Assembly: GCA_045639225.1 (NCBI GenBank)
Contig: JAZUCR010000551.1
Coordinates: 1 to 35,443, forward strand
Length of the DNA: 35,443 nt
Direction of reading: 5' to 3'
Source: Victivallales bacterium
GTDB taxonomy: Bacteria > Verrucomicrobiota > Lentisphaeria > Victivallales > UBA1829
The translations under genes were made by a program, and so were the position numbers. Under the pieces are notes generated by a model. That model worked only from the letters and a program-made list of their open reading frames with translations. It had not been told where the DNA came from and searched no databases. Below are positions 1 to 9,361 of this stretch, in pieces (positions within the stretch are counted from its first letter, which is position 1; every line of letters starts with the position of its first letter).

Positions 1-1353
1 GAAGCCATGCGCCGGCTCTGCGAGGCGGTCCGGCAGACCATCGATTCCGTCGATCCCGCCATCCGCTGCGGCTGCTGCATCGTGAGCAACCGTTATGACT
101 ACGCCGAGATCGAAAGTCGCGAACTGGCCGGCAAAACCGCGCCGTTCCTCCGTATCGGCAACGCCACTTATCTGGAAGCAGCTCTGCGGGATTCCATCTG
201 GAACGATGCCTCTACCGGTTTCGAGGCGACTGTCATGAAGGGAAAAGGCATCCAGCTGCTCGATGAATCCGATACCTGTCCGCACAACCGTTTCAGCAAA
301 ACCGCCCGCACCATGCACGCGCATATCACCGCCGGACTGCTCCGCGGTCTCGACGGCGGCAAACTCTGGCTCGACCAGTCGGCTTATCCGCTGCGCGAGA
401 TCTCCCGGCCCTACGAAAAGATCCTCGCCGAACATCAGGATTTCTATCGTCAGATCATCGCCATCTCGCATTCCTGGCAGCCTGAAGGCTGTGTGATCAA
501 CGTGCCTCCGCTGGAACAGAATCCCTATCCCGCCAGAGGAACCTCGTTCCCCGGACACTGCAGCTGGGTCTTCTCCTGTTTCGGCCGGGTCGGGATCCCG
601 GTCTGCTACGACGACATGCAGCGCAGCGGCATCCATCTGCTCAGCGGCGATCAGGTCGACTGGTATTCCGACAAAGACCTGCGTTTCCTGCTGTCGGAAA
701 GCGCTTTGATCGACGGACCCGCAGCCGTGAAACTGACCGAGCGCGGTTTTGCCCAATTCATCGGCGTCAAGGCAGACCGTCAGCCGGTCCGGGGCAACCG
801 GGAAGATTCCTGCTGCATGGACCTCAGCGTCGGTTTCCTGGCGGCCAACGAAACTCCGTTCCTCACCGCGCTGCCGGGCGCCGAGATCCTGAGCGAAGTT
901 TACCTTTCCCAGTACCGCGGTGCGCCTTCCGAAAAGACCATGCCCGGAAGCACCTTCTTCACCAACGCCTCCGGCGGCAAAGTCATCGTCACGGCGATGA
1001 ATCTGATCAAATGGCATCATATGCACGTGGCGAACCCCGGACGGAAACTCCTGTATCTTTCCTGGCTGGAAAAACTCGGCGGCGTCCCGTGCCTGATCCC
1101 GGAAATGCAGGATGCGCGGATCGTCTGCGGCACGCTGCCGGACGGGGATCTGGTCTGCGCGCTGTTCGATTCCTCCTACGATCCGCTCCCGGTCCGCATC
1201 ACACTGCAGAAAACCCCGCAGAGAATTGCCCGTTTGACCCCGGCGGGGACGTTCGAAGAAGGCACCTTCTCCATGAATGGAAACACACTGGAAACGTCAT
1301 GGGAGCTCCAGCCGGGCGAAGTCGGCATTTACAAGCTCGGATTTGCCGGCTGA
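1..1353 (+). CDS. Hypothetical carbohydrate-active protein, 5'-truncated by the window; C-terminal part resembles a GH42 trimerisation / class I GATase-like domain
   Basis: Frame is open from base 1 (gaa gcc atg) to TGA at 1351-1353 with strong GC3 codon bias. LLSGDQV...LSESALIDGPAA and TFFTNASGGKVIV segments resemble the trimerisation region of GH42-like proteins. Confidence 0.6.
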   Translation, partial: EAMRRLCEAVRQTIDSVDPAIRCGCCIVSNRYDYAEIESRELAGKTAPFLRIGNATYLEAALRDSIWNDASTGFEATVMKGKGIQLLDESDTCPHNRFSKTARTMHAHITAGLLRGLDGGKLWLDQSAYPLREISRPYEKILAEHQDFYRQIIAISHSWQPEGCVINVPPLEQNPYPARGTSFPGHCSWVFSCFGRVGIPVCYDDMQRSGIHLLSGDQVDWYSDKDLRFLLSESALIDGPAAVKLTERGFAQFIGVKADRQPVRGNREDSCCMDLSVGFLAANETPFLTALPGAEILSEVYLSQYRGAPSEKTMPGSTFFTNASGGKVIVTAMNLIKWHHMHVANPGRKLLYLSWLEKLGGVPCLIPEMQDARIVCGTLPDGDLVCALFDSSYDPLPVRITLQKTPQRIARLTPAGTFEEGTFSMNGNTLETSWELQPGEVGIYKLGFAG

Positions 1354-1368
1354 CCAGGGCAAAGACAA

Positions 1369-2244
1369 TCACTCCGGAGACTGCATCTTTTCAGCGTGTT
1401 CGGCCCGGTATTGCGCCGGCGTCAGGCCGTCCCGCTGACGGAACACCCGGGCAAAATAATACGCATACGAAAAGCCGCATTGTCCGGCTACGGTCTCGAC
1501 CGGCAGATCGGTATTTTCCAGCAGATGGACTGCTTTTTCCAGCCGCAGACCGCAGATGTAATGGTTCATCGTGGTGTGAAGATGGTCCTGAAACTGTTTC
1601 CCCAGCGTGACCACACTGGTCCCCGCCGCTTTGGCGACATCCGCCCGGTTCAGGTCCGGATCGCAGAACCGGTTGTCAATATGTGCCAATGCGCGGTTCA
1701 AGGTATCCGGACGGCCGGGTGCCGGTGAAAACTGTTCCGCCGCCTCGCTCAGCAGACGGAATCCCATCGCACCCAGCAAGACGTTATCGGTCTCGCCCGG
1801 CTTGCGCAGAACTTTCCGGATATCTTCGAAACACCGTTTCAGCCGACCGGGATCCGGTGCGTAGTCTTTCGGCAGACCCGCCGGGAACAGACGGTCCAGC
1901 AGGTCCCGCAGAAAACGGTTCACATGGAGCAGCACGAAATAACGTTCCAGAGACTGTCTGCGCCGGTATTTTGTCCGGGTGATCCGATTCAGGTCGGAGA
2001 TCGCAAAAAAACCGGGCTTTCTTACGATCCGGTCCCCGTCCGCATTGATGTAATTCTCCTCGCCGGACAGGATCAGGGAAACCAGGATGAACGGTCTGGC
2101 ATACTCATCCGGATTGAAATCAGGCAGCAGCAGGGAATGGCAGAAGGAATGCACCCGGATGTCCGGCCGACCCGGCCGGAATTCCGAATTGTTCAGCAGA
2201 TAATTTTCCCGGTATTCAGGAGCAGAGGAGCTGCGTTTTTTCAT
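1369..2244 (-). CDS. AraC/XylS family transcriptional regulator
   Basis: C-terminal double HTH: LRLEKAVHLLENTDLPVETVAGQCGFSYAYYFARVFRQRDGLTPAQYR. N-terminal cupin-like ligand domain. Divergent from the pilin operon. Confidence 0.93.
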   Translation of the reverse strand: MKKRSSSAPEYRENYLLNNSEFRPGRPDIRVHSFCHSLLLPDFNPDEYARPFILVSLILSGEENYINADGDRIVRKPGFFAISDLNRITRTKYRRRQSLERYFVLLHVNRFLRDLLDRLFPAGLPKDYAPDPGRLKRCFEDIRKVLRKPGETDNVLLGAMGFRLLSEAAEQFSPAPGRPDTLNRALAHIDNRFCDPDLNRADVAKAAGTSVVTLGKQFQDHLHTTMNHYICGLRLEKAVHLLENTDLPVETVAGQCGFSYAYYFARVFRQRDGLTPAQYRAEHAEKMQSPE

Positions 2245-2294
2245 ATTTCTTTTATATTATTTTATTTTCTTTTTTTATTATTGATTCCGCTGAT

Positions 2295-2334
2295 AATATA
2301 TTGCTTTTTGCGGGAAATGCAAATATATTATCCG
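2295..2334. promoter_or_regulatory. Overlapping bidirectional sigma70-like promoter (copy 1 of a 40-bp repeat)
   Basis: + strand TTGCTT(2301)-N17-TATATT(2324). - strand TTGCAT(2322-2317)-N16-TATATT(2300-2295). Lies between the divergent araC and pilin genes. 39/40 identical to 9294-9333. Confidence 0.65.
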
Positions 2335-2390
2335 AAAATCAAGCAAAAGATTTCGATCGGAATTACCATTAACCAGAAAGGACCAGAATC

Positions 2391-3185
2391 ATGAAGCAGT
2401 TCGAAACCCAGATCCGCCGGAAATCCGTTTTCACGCTGATAGAACTTCTCATTGTGATCGCAATCATTGCCATTCTGGTGGGAATGCTGCTGCCCGCATT
2501 GAATTCGGCCCGCGAAAAAGGCCGGTCCGCGCTCTGCAAAAGCAATCTGAAACAGCAGCATCTGGCTTTTGCCGGATACATCAACGATTATCAGGAATGG
2601 TGCATGGTCCTGTCATATCCGGCGGCATATTTCCCCGGACGGACAATGGGGGTTCCTTGGTATGGACAGATGCAGGAATTGAAATACATTGCCAACGGGA
2701 AAGTTTTCGCCTGTCCGAGCAATAAGGCCCAGGTAAAAGGACAATATCCGAATGACGGCGGCAATACTTACGGATCGACTTATGGCCTGACTTACGGAAC
2801 ATTCGGTGACAGCCTGAAGGGGACTGCAATTGTCCCGATCAAAATGACCTCGCTGGCAAAAGACCGCAGAGCTCCGGGGACGGCAGTGTTCGGCGATACC
2901 GCAGTCATACTTAACGATGACGCCGCAAGATGCTCTTTTCCCGGCATATCCTCCAACCGGCCGGGCGACAGGATCAGCAATGTCAGCAACAATCCATCCA
3001 AAGCTTTCATCGGCAGTGGGGATTACGTTGCCTATGGAGTTTACCTGGTCCATGGCGGACAGTATGCAAATCTGGCGTCCTTCAGCGGCGGGGTAACGAC
3101 TTTCAAGCACCGGGGCGTGAATTTGACAAATTATGACGACTTCAAGCCCAGCAGGCGGCATGACAATACGACCGGACAGTTCTGA
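2391..3185 (+). CDS. Prepilin-type N-terminal cleavage/methylation domain protein (DUF1559-like, degenerate H-X9-DG)
   Basis: KSV|[42 protein letters not shown], an FACP motif, and C-terminal [24 protein letters not shown] upstream. Confidence 0.92.
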   Translation: MKQFETQIRRKSVFTLIELLIVIAIIAILVGMLLPALNSAREKGRSALCKSNLKQQHLAFAGYINDYQEWCMVLSYPAAYFPGRTMGVPWYGQMQELKYIANGKVFACPSNKAQVKGQYPNDGGNTYGSTYGLTYGTFGDSLKGTAIVPIKMTSLAKDRRAPGTAVFGDTAVILNDDAARCSFPGISSNRPGDRISNVSNNPSKAFIGSGDYVAYGVYLVHGGQYANLASFSGGVTTFKHRGVNLTNYDDFKPSRRHDNTTGQF

Positions 3186-3224
3186 CAATCGAAATTCGAC
3201 CAATACAAAAAGGAGTGAATTATT

Positions 3225-3782
3225 ATGAAAACCAAAAATCTGTTTCTGCTGGCGGCGCTGGCCGTGTCCGGAATCCTTCATGCGGAAAGCGTGGATATCC
3301 CCGTCCTTTACCGGAACCCCGCCGAAGAAGTGAAAACCGGACAGCTGCAGTCCTTCGGGTTCTATGAAAACGAAACCCGGATCGTCCTCGCCTTCCAGAT
3401 CAAGGATCTACAGGAAACGATGCAGCAGCCGAAAGCCGCGCTCAGTTTTTACGCCGACACCGACAACGACCTGATGACGGGGCGCTATCCGAAAGCGCTG
3501 GGCTGGGATTTCCAGATCAACGTGATGCTGAACCGGAAATCCGCCGTCATGATGAAATGGAACGGCAGCAAGGCGGAGAATTTCAACGTCAAGGGCAAAT
3601 ACGCGGTCTCTTCGGACGGCGACACGCTTTATATCACGTTCCCGAAAAGCGCGGTCCCGGGGATCGAATTCAAGGAACAGTTCAAATTCCGGACGCTGCA
3701 GCTCCGTAACAATCAACGCGTGGACAAACAGAAAACCGACGGGGTGTTCGCGGAAAAATACGAACTTCCCGCCGATAAATGA
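3225..3782 (+). CDS. Secreted hypothetical protein (beta-rich, possibly carbohydrate-binding module-like)
   Basis: Signal peptide MKTKNLFLLAALAVSGILHA, RBS AAGGAG, and a FYADTDNDLMTG DxDxD-like loop. In the operon after the pilin. Confidence 0.75.
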   Translation: MKTKNLFLLAALAVSGILHAESVDIPVLYRNPAEEVKTGQLQSFGFYENETRIVLAFQIKDLQETMQQPKAALSFYADTDNDLMTGRYPKALGWDFQINVMLNRKSAVMMKWNGSKAENFNVKGKYAVSSDGDTLYITFPKSAVPGIEFKEQFKFRTLQLRNNQRVDKQKTDGVFAEKYELPADK

Positions 3783-3793
3783 AAGGTTGAATC

Positions 3794-6064
3794 ATGAAGA
3801 AGCTTCTGCCGCTTTTCCTGCTGTGCATCCTCGCAGCCGGGCTCCCGGCTGGTGAAATCACCATCGATCCCGACCGTGCGGTCATCTCCGCCCAGCAGGC
3901 GAACGATCCCGCCGCACAGGAATTGAAAATGCACCTCGAACTCATCACGGGCAAAACGGTCCCGGTGCTGGGTGCGGGACAAGTCCGGCGGAACGCTTTC
4001 ATCTTCCACATCGGCAAAGCGCCCGCCGGAGCGCCGGAGAAATTGAAGCCGGAGGAAGCGCACTGGGAGATCACTCCGTCCGCGGCGTATTTCTACGGTG
4101 AAGGGACCAAGGGGAGCCTCAATGCGGTTTACGATTTTTTAGAAAACGAACTCGGCGTCCGCTGGCCGGGAGGGGATGATATCGCCTTCCGGAAACAGAA
4201 CCCGATCCAGGTAAAAAACACCTCGGGCAAGTGGATCCCGAAACTGAACATGCGGGGGATCCGTGTCAGCAGCACCGGCGGCCGGGAAGCCAGGGAAGCC
4301 GCTAGCCTGTGGCGGCGAAGACTGCGGACCGGAGGACATGACCGGCCGAGTTACGGGCACGCATTCACACAATACTGGAAACGGTTCGGCAAGACGCATC
4401 CGGAATATTTCGCCATGCGCAAGGACGGAGTCCGGGCGCCGGTCGGAGCAAAAGCCGATGCGGCCAATGCGGCGGCTTTCCGGGGCGCGAAAGCGCAGGC
4501 CATCGCGTTGTGCGTCAGCAATGAAGCACTGGCCGATCAGGTAATCGCCGACTGGCGGGAAAAAGGCTGTCCGCTGTATATCAACCTCTGTGAAAACGAT
4601 GCGCTGGGCAAGGATTCCTGCCATTGTCCGAAATGCACCGCGCTGGATGTGGTTCCCGCCAGGAAGACCCCGTGGGAAAACTGGTATGCGGACCGTTATG
4701 TGAATTTTGCCAACCGGGTGCTGGCCAGGGCCAGGAAGATCCGTCCGGATGTGAAAGCGGCAATGTATGCCTACAATGCCGCGGAGCAGGCGCCGAAACG
4801 GGAAAAACCCGATGCGTCACTCGTGATCGGAATGGTTCCGACCGATTTCACCATGGCCGGAATCGAAGCGTATGTCGGCGCATGGAAAAACGCGGGGCTG
4901 AACCATTTTTTCTATCGGCCGAACCGGCATACTTATTATTCCCTGCCGCAGCTCCCGGTCGGATATGAAAAACACTTTTTCGATCTCTGGCAGTATCTTT
5001 ACCGTTCGGGGGCGATCGGCTTCGATTACGATTCGCAGACCGAGACCGGATGTTTTCAATATTTCGACACCTACGTGCTGCTGAAAGCGATGCAGGATCC
5101 GTCCAAAACGTTTGCCCACTGGGAGAAACATTATATGCAGGCGTTCGGCGCGGCGGCGGATGATATCCGCGAGTATTACCGTTACTGGCGCGAACAGGTC
5201 TGGGAAAAACGGCTGGCACCGGATCAGGCGAAAATCGCCGAACGGGGGAAATGGTTCAATTTCGCCCGCGGACTGGTCTGGAATCTGGGTAAATATTTTA
5301 AGGAAAAAGATTTCATTGAGGCGGGGAAATATCTTGACGCGGCCTTGTTGCGGGATTTGACGGCAGAGGAGCGTGTCCGGATCGAAAAATTGAAACTTGC
5401 CAATGAACACGCGAGGCTCTTTTACCATGCCGTCGTCAACAAAAAAGATGCCGATTCCCTGAAACTGCTGGCATTCCGTGAAAAGCACGGATACACCCTG
5501 CTTCCGGCCAATGAAAAGCATTACGGCGATATCTGCGGCATCCAGCGGGTGATGAATTTCAAAGAATATCTGCCGCCGTATCTGAAAACGCCGCTGTTCT
5601 GGAATTTCAAGCTGGATCCGGAGAACAAAGGTGTATCGGAAAAATGGTATGAAAACACGCCTGCGCAGGTCCGCCGCTGGGGAGCAGTGATGTGTACCAA
5701 TACGCCGTGGGAATCTCCGCACAAACATTACAGGCAGATCTCCGCGGCGATCCGGGCGAAGACCGCACAATATGACGGCATCGCCTGGTATGGCACTCAA
5801 ATCACGATCCCTGCCGACTGGAAAGACCGCAAAGTCTTCCTCTATTTCGGCGCGGTGGATGAATCCTGCCTGCTATATGTCAACGGAAAGAAAGTCGGGG
5901 AAAGGTTTTTCAAAAAATCCAGCGACTGGACGACTCCTTTCGCCATCGAAATCACTTCCTTCATCGACTGGAAACGGAAGCAGCAGAACATCATTGTCCG
6001 GGTGGAGGATACCAATGGACAAGGCGGCATTTGGAAACCAGTCTGGCTGCTATCGAAACAGTAA
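3794..6064 (+). CDS. Secreted DUF4838-domain protein with an N-terminal GH20/GH67-N-like domain and a C-terminal GH2-type sugar-binding jelly-roll
   Basis: Signal peptide. AAQELKMHLELITG...GSLNAVYDFLENELGVRW, HPEYFAM...LCVSN, and CHCPKC are typical of DUF4838 proteins. C-terminal YDGIAWY...LYFGAVDE...YVNG...GGIWKPV is typical of the GH2 N-domain. Confidence 0.82.
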   Translation: MKKLLPLFLLCILAAGLPAGEITIDPDRAVISAQQANDPAAQELKMHLELITGKTVPVLGAGQVRRNAFIFHIGKAPAGAPEKLKPEEAHWEITPSAAYFYGEGTKGSLNAVYDFLENELGVRWPGGDDIAFRKQNPIQVKNTSGKWIPKLNMRGIRVSSTGGREAREAASLWRRRLRTGGHDRPSYGHAFTQYWKRFGKTHPEYFAMRKDGVRAPVGAKADAANAAAFRGAKAQAIALCVSNEALADQVIADWREKGCPLYINLCENDALGKDSCHCPKCTALDVVPARKTPWENWYADRYVNFANRVLARARKIRPDVKAAMYAYNAAEQAPKREKPDASLVIGMVPTDFTMAGIEAYVGAWKNAGLNHFFYRPNRHTYYSLPQLPVGYEKHFFDLWQYLYRSGAIGFDYDSQTETGCFQYFDTYVLLKAMQDPSKTFAHWEKHYMQAFGAAADDIREYYRYWREQVWEKRLAPDQAKIAERGKWFNFARGLVWNLGKYFKEKDFIEAGKYLDAALLRDLTAEERVRIEKLKLANEHARLFYHAVVNKKDADSLKLLAFREKHGYTLLPANEKHYGDICGIQRVMNFKEYLPPYLKTPLFWNFKLDPENKGVSEKWYENTPAQVRRWGAVMCTNTPWESPHKHYRQISAAIRAKTAQYDGIAWYGTQITIPADWKDRKVFLYFGAVDESCLLYVNGKKVGERFFKKSSDWTTPFAIEITSFIDWKRKQQNIIVRVEDTNGQGGIWKPVWLLSKQ

Positions 6065-6067
6065 AGA

Positions 6068-6161
6068 ATCATTTTGCCTTGACCATGAGTCCTGTTTCCA
6101 TGATATTTGCCTTTTGTTTCCAAAATTCTATGACGATATTTGGCGGTCCATGCAAAATGAT
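6068..6161. repeat. 17-bp imperfect inverted repeat enclosing short phased direct repeats
   Basis: ATCATTTTGCCTTGACC (6068-6084) matches the reverse complement of 6145-6161 (ATCATTTTGCATGGACC) at 15/17. Internal TGTTTCCA at 6093 and 6115, GATATTTG at 6102 and 6135. Confidence 0.5.
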
Positions 6162-6298
6162 ACTGGAAATACCGCAAAACATATGCTATTTTATAAAATG
6201 CGTGTGGGAACTGCAGGCAAAGTCTTTCGTATCGGACTCGGGTCAGTCTGTGGCTTTTCAAATGTTGACTAAAAAATTCTTGAAGGAGAAATGGGAAA

Positions 6299-9247
6299 GT
6301 GGGAGGCGACCATAAATTTTACTATGATTTCAATGCGGAAACCAAACTGGAGAACTGGGATGTTGTCCAGCTGGAACAGCATCGGGCGGTTCTGGAATGC
6401 AAGGTCACAATGCCGGAGGGAAATTATATTTTCCTCGCGCCCTGCGCAGCCTTTCTGCCGCAGCTGAAACAGTTTTCCGTAAATGGTCAATCGCTGTCCT
6501 TCGAGAAATCCCAAGCGGTTTACGTGCATAGTTCGTTTGCCCGTTACGGGATAAACTGCCGGATGAAACCGGGCGTCAATGTCCTGACTGCGGGAATCAC
6601 TTTGCCAAAAGATGAAAAATTCGCTCCGGGTCAGCTCTTTTTCTCGCTGATCCGGGCGGAAGAACCGCCCGTTCCGCTCAAAACAACCCGGAGGATGCAT
6701 ACTCTCCCTAAGGCCGCATATCACCGGAACCGTTCCGATTTCGATGCGGGGGGCTGGAAGCCGGGTGTCGGACATAAAAACGGTCCCGGCAGATTCGGTT
6801 TTTCCAAGGGTGACGGTCTGCTGGACTGCGCCATGCCCTCCCTGGGAATCGTGGACAAGATGTTTCTGTGCGGACAGGAAAAATATCACAAACCGTATCG
6901 CTGGAACTATTCGCTGCTGCCGGAAGGCATGGAGCTGCACGGTTCATACGAGCCGAATGACTGCGGGATCGAAAAAGATGAGGTCGAAGTCAATCCGCTG
7001 TCGGTCCGCTGGTCGGCTAAGTATCAGGGGAAACGTTTTTCCTGCACATATTCGCTGGCGTCCCCGGCAATTCTCTGCGAAAATGAAACCGGGGTGATGC
7101 GTCTTTCCAATCTGCGTTTTGCGGGTAATTATCAGTCAGTTCTGATCCCCCGCGAGGCAGGAATTGAGGAAACGGGGCTGGATGAAGCGGATATTGCCGA
7201 TATGGCGGAAAACTGGATCCTGCTGTTCAACAGCACGGAATTCCCGGATTGTCCGCTGATGCTGGTGTTCGAGAACAATCCGGCGGGAATGAAAGTAAAA
7301 CGGGATTCGTCCGGCCGACTGGATTCGATCGAATTTTCGTCCTGTTCCCGGATGCTTAGCTGCACGCCGTTCGGAATTGAACGGTTCGATCCCGGCAAAA
7401 TGAATGTGCACGATGCGGTCCGGCGCTGCCGTTTCTGGAGCCGGGCGCTGCTGGCATATCCGGTCCGCTGCCGCGATTATTTCCGGCTGGATGAAGAAAC
7501 AGAAAAAGTGACCATCCGCCAGAAATTTGAATACCGTTATCTGGAAGATGCCTGGGGGACCGAACCGCTGGAACTGGCGTCGTTTCCGCCGCCGCTTTCG
7601 ATCTGCGGAACCTCGGATTGCAAAGAGATTGCCGATTTTGAGTTTCCGACGAAATACGGACATCTGCGCGGGCGAATCGGCTGCTGGTCGGAATACACTC
7701 TGCCCTTCATGCCCCTCGAAAGAAAGTTCCCGCTCCGGGATGAACATTCCACGATTCCGGATCTGCTCCGGGTGGGAATGGAGAAATATCAGCATGTGGC
7801 GTCTGCATTCGGGCCGGACAAAGTTTCCTATCCTTATGCGGGCGCGATTCTGGAACCTTATGCACTGGCATCCACGATGTCCTTTTTCATGAACGACTCT
7901 GACCGGGATTTTCTCCGTCGGCATCTGGCGGAATGTCTTACGGCGGCATTGGATGCCGATGCGGTTTCCGATTACACTGTGATCGACTGGGGCGAAATGA
8001 TGCGCGACCAGCCGGATCATGAGTCTGTGCTCAAGGTTTACCATGATCCTGCGAAAAAACATATGACGCTGCACAACTGGTATGACCGGGTGGAGCCGTT
8101 CACCGGAGCGAAATTCAAAATCTGTTATTTGAACGTGGGATTCTTTTCCAGCGGAGCGATCAAAACCGCCAGTCAGGAGGAAATCCAGAATCTGAAAATT
8201 CCGCTGATCGAAAACGACTGGGGTGTCGGCCTTACATTCTATTATATCTATCTGAGTTCACTGGCGACCGGTTCTTTCGAAGAGGTCAGGAAACACTGGA
8301 ATCTGCTCAAACAGGTCTATTCGTTTTTCGATCTGATGCACGACTGGGCCTGCATGGGAACCGGATACAGCGACAACGGAATCACGTGGGTGGAAGGAGC
8401 CAATTACGGTCTGTTCCCGACGTTTATCCGCATGGCGGAAGCGGCGCATGATCCGGAAGCCCGTGACTTCGGCATTTATAATGCGGCCAAACAGCTGGCA
8501 TTGCGTCTGGCCATCATGCGGGCCTCGCAAATCTATTTCCCGCAATGTTTTGAAACGGAACCATGGTACTGCGCCAAGCATTTCCATGAAGAAGCCAATC
8601 CGGATAAAGCATTCCAGAATGTTCCAACCCTTTTTGAAGACAGACTGCGCCGCGACGCCGCCTACAACTTCACCACGGAAGGCCTGTATCCGGAAGCTTA
8701 CGAAGCTTTGCGGAAGTTCGGGGGAAACACTTACAGCTCAGTGATGGACCGTTTGGAACATGCTTTGCTGAACGGACTGGACAATCCGGGCTTCCGGTGG
8801 GGGATCATCCAGCAGTTTGCCGGCATGATGATCGATCATGCTTTGGACAGCCAATGTTCCGAAGAAAAGTTTATGGCGCTTCTGGAAGCCGGACTTGAAA
8901 AGGACCTGCTCATGGACGCTTGGCGAGGCATCCATATATTCAGCCGCGTCCTTCCGGAAAATTATCTCCGCTGTCAGCTGCTTGCGTGGATGGAGATGCG
9001 GAAGCATCCGCTTTGGCTGGAGCATTGGGAAGATGTGCGGATCGTTTCTGCACAATGGCATCCGGATTCGAAAACCGCGGAAATCGAAATCCTGATCACC
9101 GGGGAAAACCCGGTTCTGCGCTGCGGAATCAGGACCGTTCCCGATGAAGCGGAGCTGGGTGGAAAAACACTGTCATGGCAAGCCATAAACAGCCAAACGA
9201 TCGAATTCCATCCGGACGCATCTGGAATGCTGCGGATAATGCACTGA
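6299..9247 (+). CDS. Large hypothetical protein (982 aa, GTG start, no signal peptide); probable carbohydrate-active enzyme from context
   Basis: Long ORF with AAGGAG (6283-6288) 10 nt before the GTG. N-terminal half is beta-rich, C-terminal half is helical and Trp/Tyr-rich. No family recognised. Confidence 0.8.
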   Translation: MGGDHKFYYDFNAETKLENWDVVQLEQHRAVLECKVTMPEGNYIFLAPCAAFLPQLKQFSVNGQSLSFEKSQAVYVHSSFARYGINCRMKPGVNVLTAGITLPKDEKFAPGQLFFSLIRAEEPPVPLKTTRRMHTLPKAAYHRNRSDFDAGGWKPGVGHKNGPGRFGFSKGDGLLDCAMPSLGIVDKMFLCGQEKYHKPYRWNYSLLPEGMELHGSYEPNDCGIEKDEVEVNPLSVRWSAKYQGKRFSCTYSLASPAILCENETGVMRLSNLRFAGNYQSVLIPREAGIEETGLDEADIADMAENWILLFNSTEFPDCPLMLVFENNPAGMKVKRDSSGRLDSIEFSSCSRMLSCTPFGIERFDPGKMNVHDAVRRCRFWSRALLAYPVRCRDYFRLDEETEKVTIRQKFEYRYLEDAWGTEPLELASFPPPLSICGTSDCKEIADFEFPTKYGHLRGRIGCWSEYTLPFMPLERKFPLRDEHSTIPDLLRVGMEKYQHVASAFGPDKVSYPYAGAILEPYALASTMSFFMNDSDRDFLRRHLAECLTAALDADAVSDYTVIDWGEMMRDQPDHESVLKVYHDPAKKHMTLHNWYDRVEPFTGAKFKICYLNVGFFSSGAIKTASQEEIQNLKIPLIENDWGVGLTFYYIYLSSLATGSFEEVRKHWNLLKQVYSFFDLMHDWACMGTGYSDNGITWVEGANYGLFPTFIRMAEAAHDPEARDFGIYNAAKQLALRLAIMRASQIYFPQCFETEPWYCAKHFHEEANPDKAFQNVPTLFEDRLRRDAAYNFTTEGLYPEAYEALRKFGGNTYSSVMDRLEHALLNGLDNPGFRWGIIQQFAGMMIDHALDSQCSEEKFMALLEAGLEKDLLMDAWRGIHIFSRVLPENYLRCQLLAWMEMRKHPLWLEHWEDVRIVSAQWHPDSKTAEIEILITGENPVLRCGIRTVPDEAELGGKTLSWQAINSQTIEFHPDASGMLRIMH

Positions 9248-9293
9248 CCGCAAGACGGAGACGTTTTCTTTTTTATTATCAAAAGCTGGGTAA

Positions 9294-9333
9294 AATATAT
9301 TGCTTTTTGCCGGAAATGCAAATATATTATCCG
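9294..9333. promoter_or_regulatory. Promoter of the GH31 gene (copy 2 of the 40-bp repeat)
   Basis: AATATATTGCTTTTTGCCGGAAATGCAAATATATTATCCG, 39/40 identical to 2295-2334. TTGCTT-N17-TATATT, with the repeat ending about 30 nt upstream of ATG 9362. Confidence 0.65.
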
Positions 9334-9361
9334 CCAATCGAATAGCAGAAGGAAACGGAGC

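Noticed and set aside
6291-6299. ATG at 6291 suggesting a frameshifted start for the 982-aa gene
   Set aside because: It is only 2 nt from the AAGGAG. The in-frame GTG at 6299 has acceptable spacing, so no frameshift is needed.
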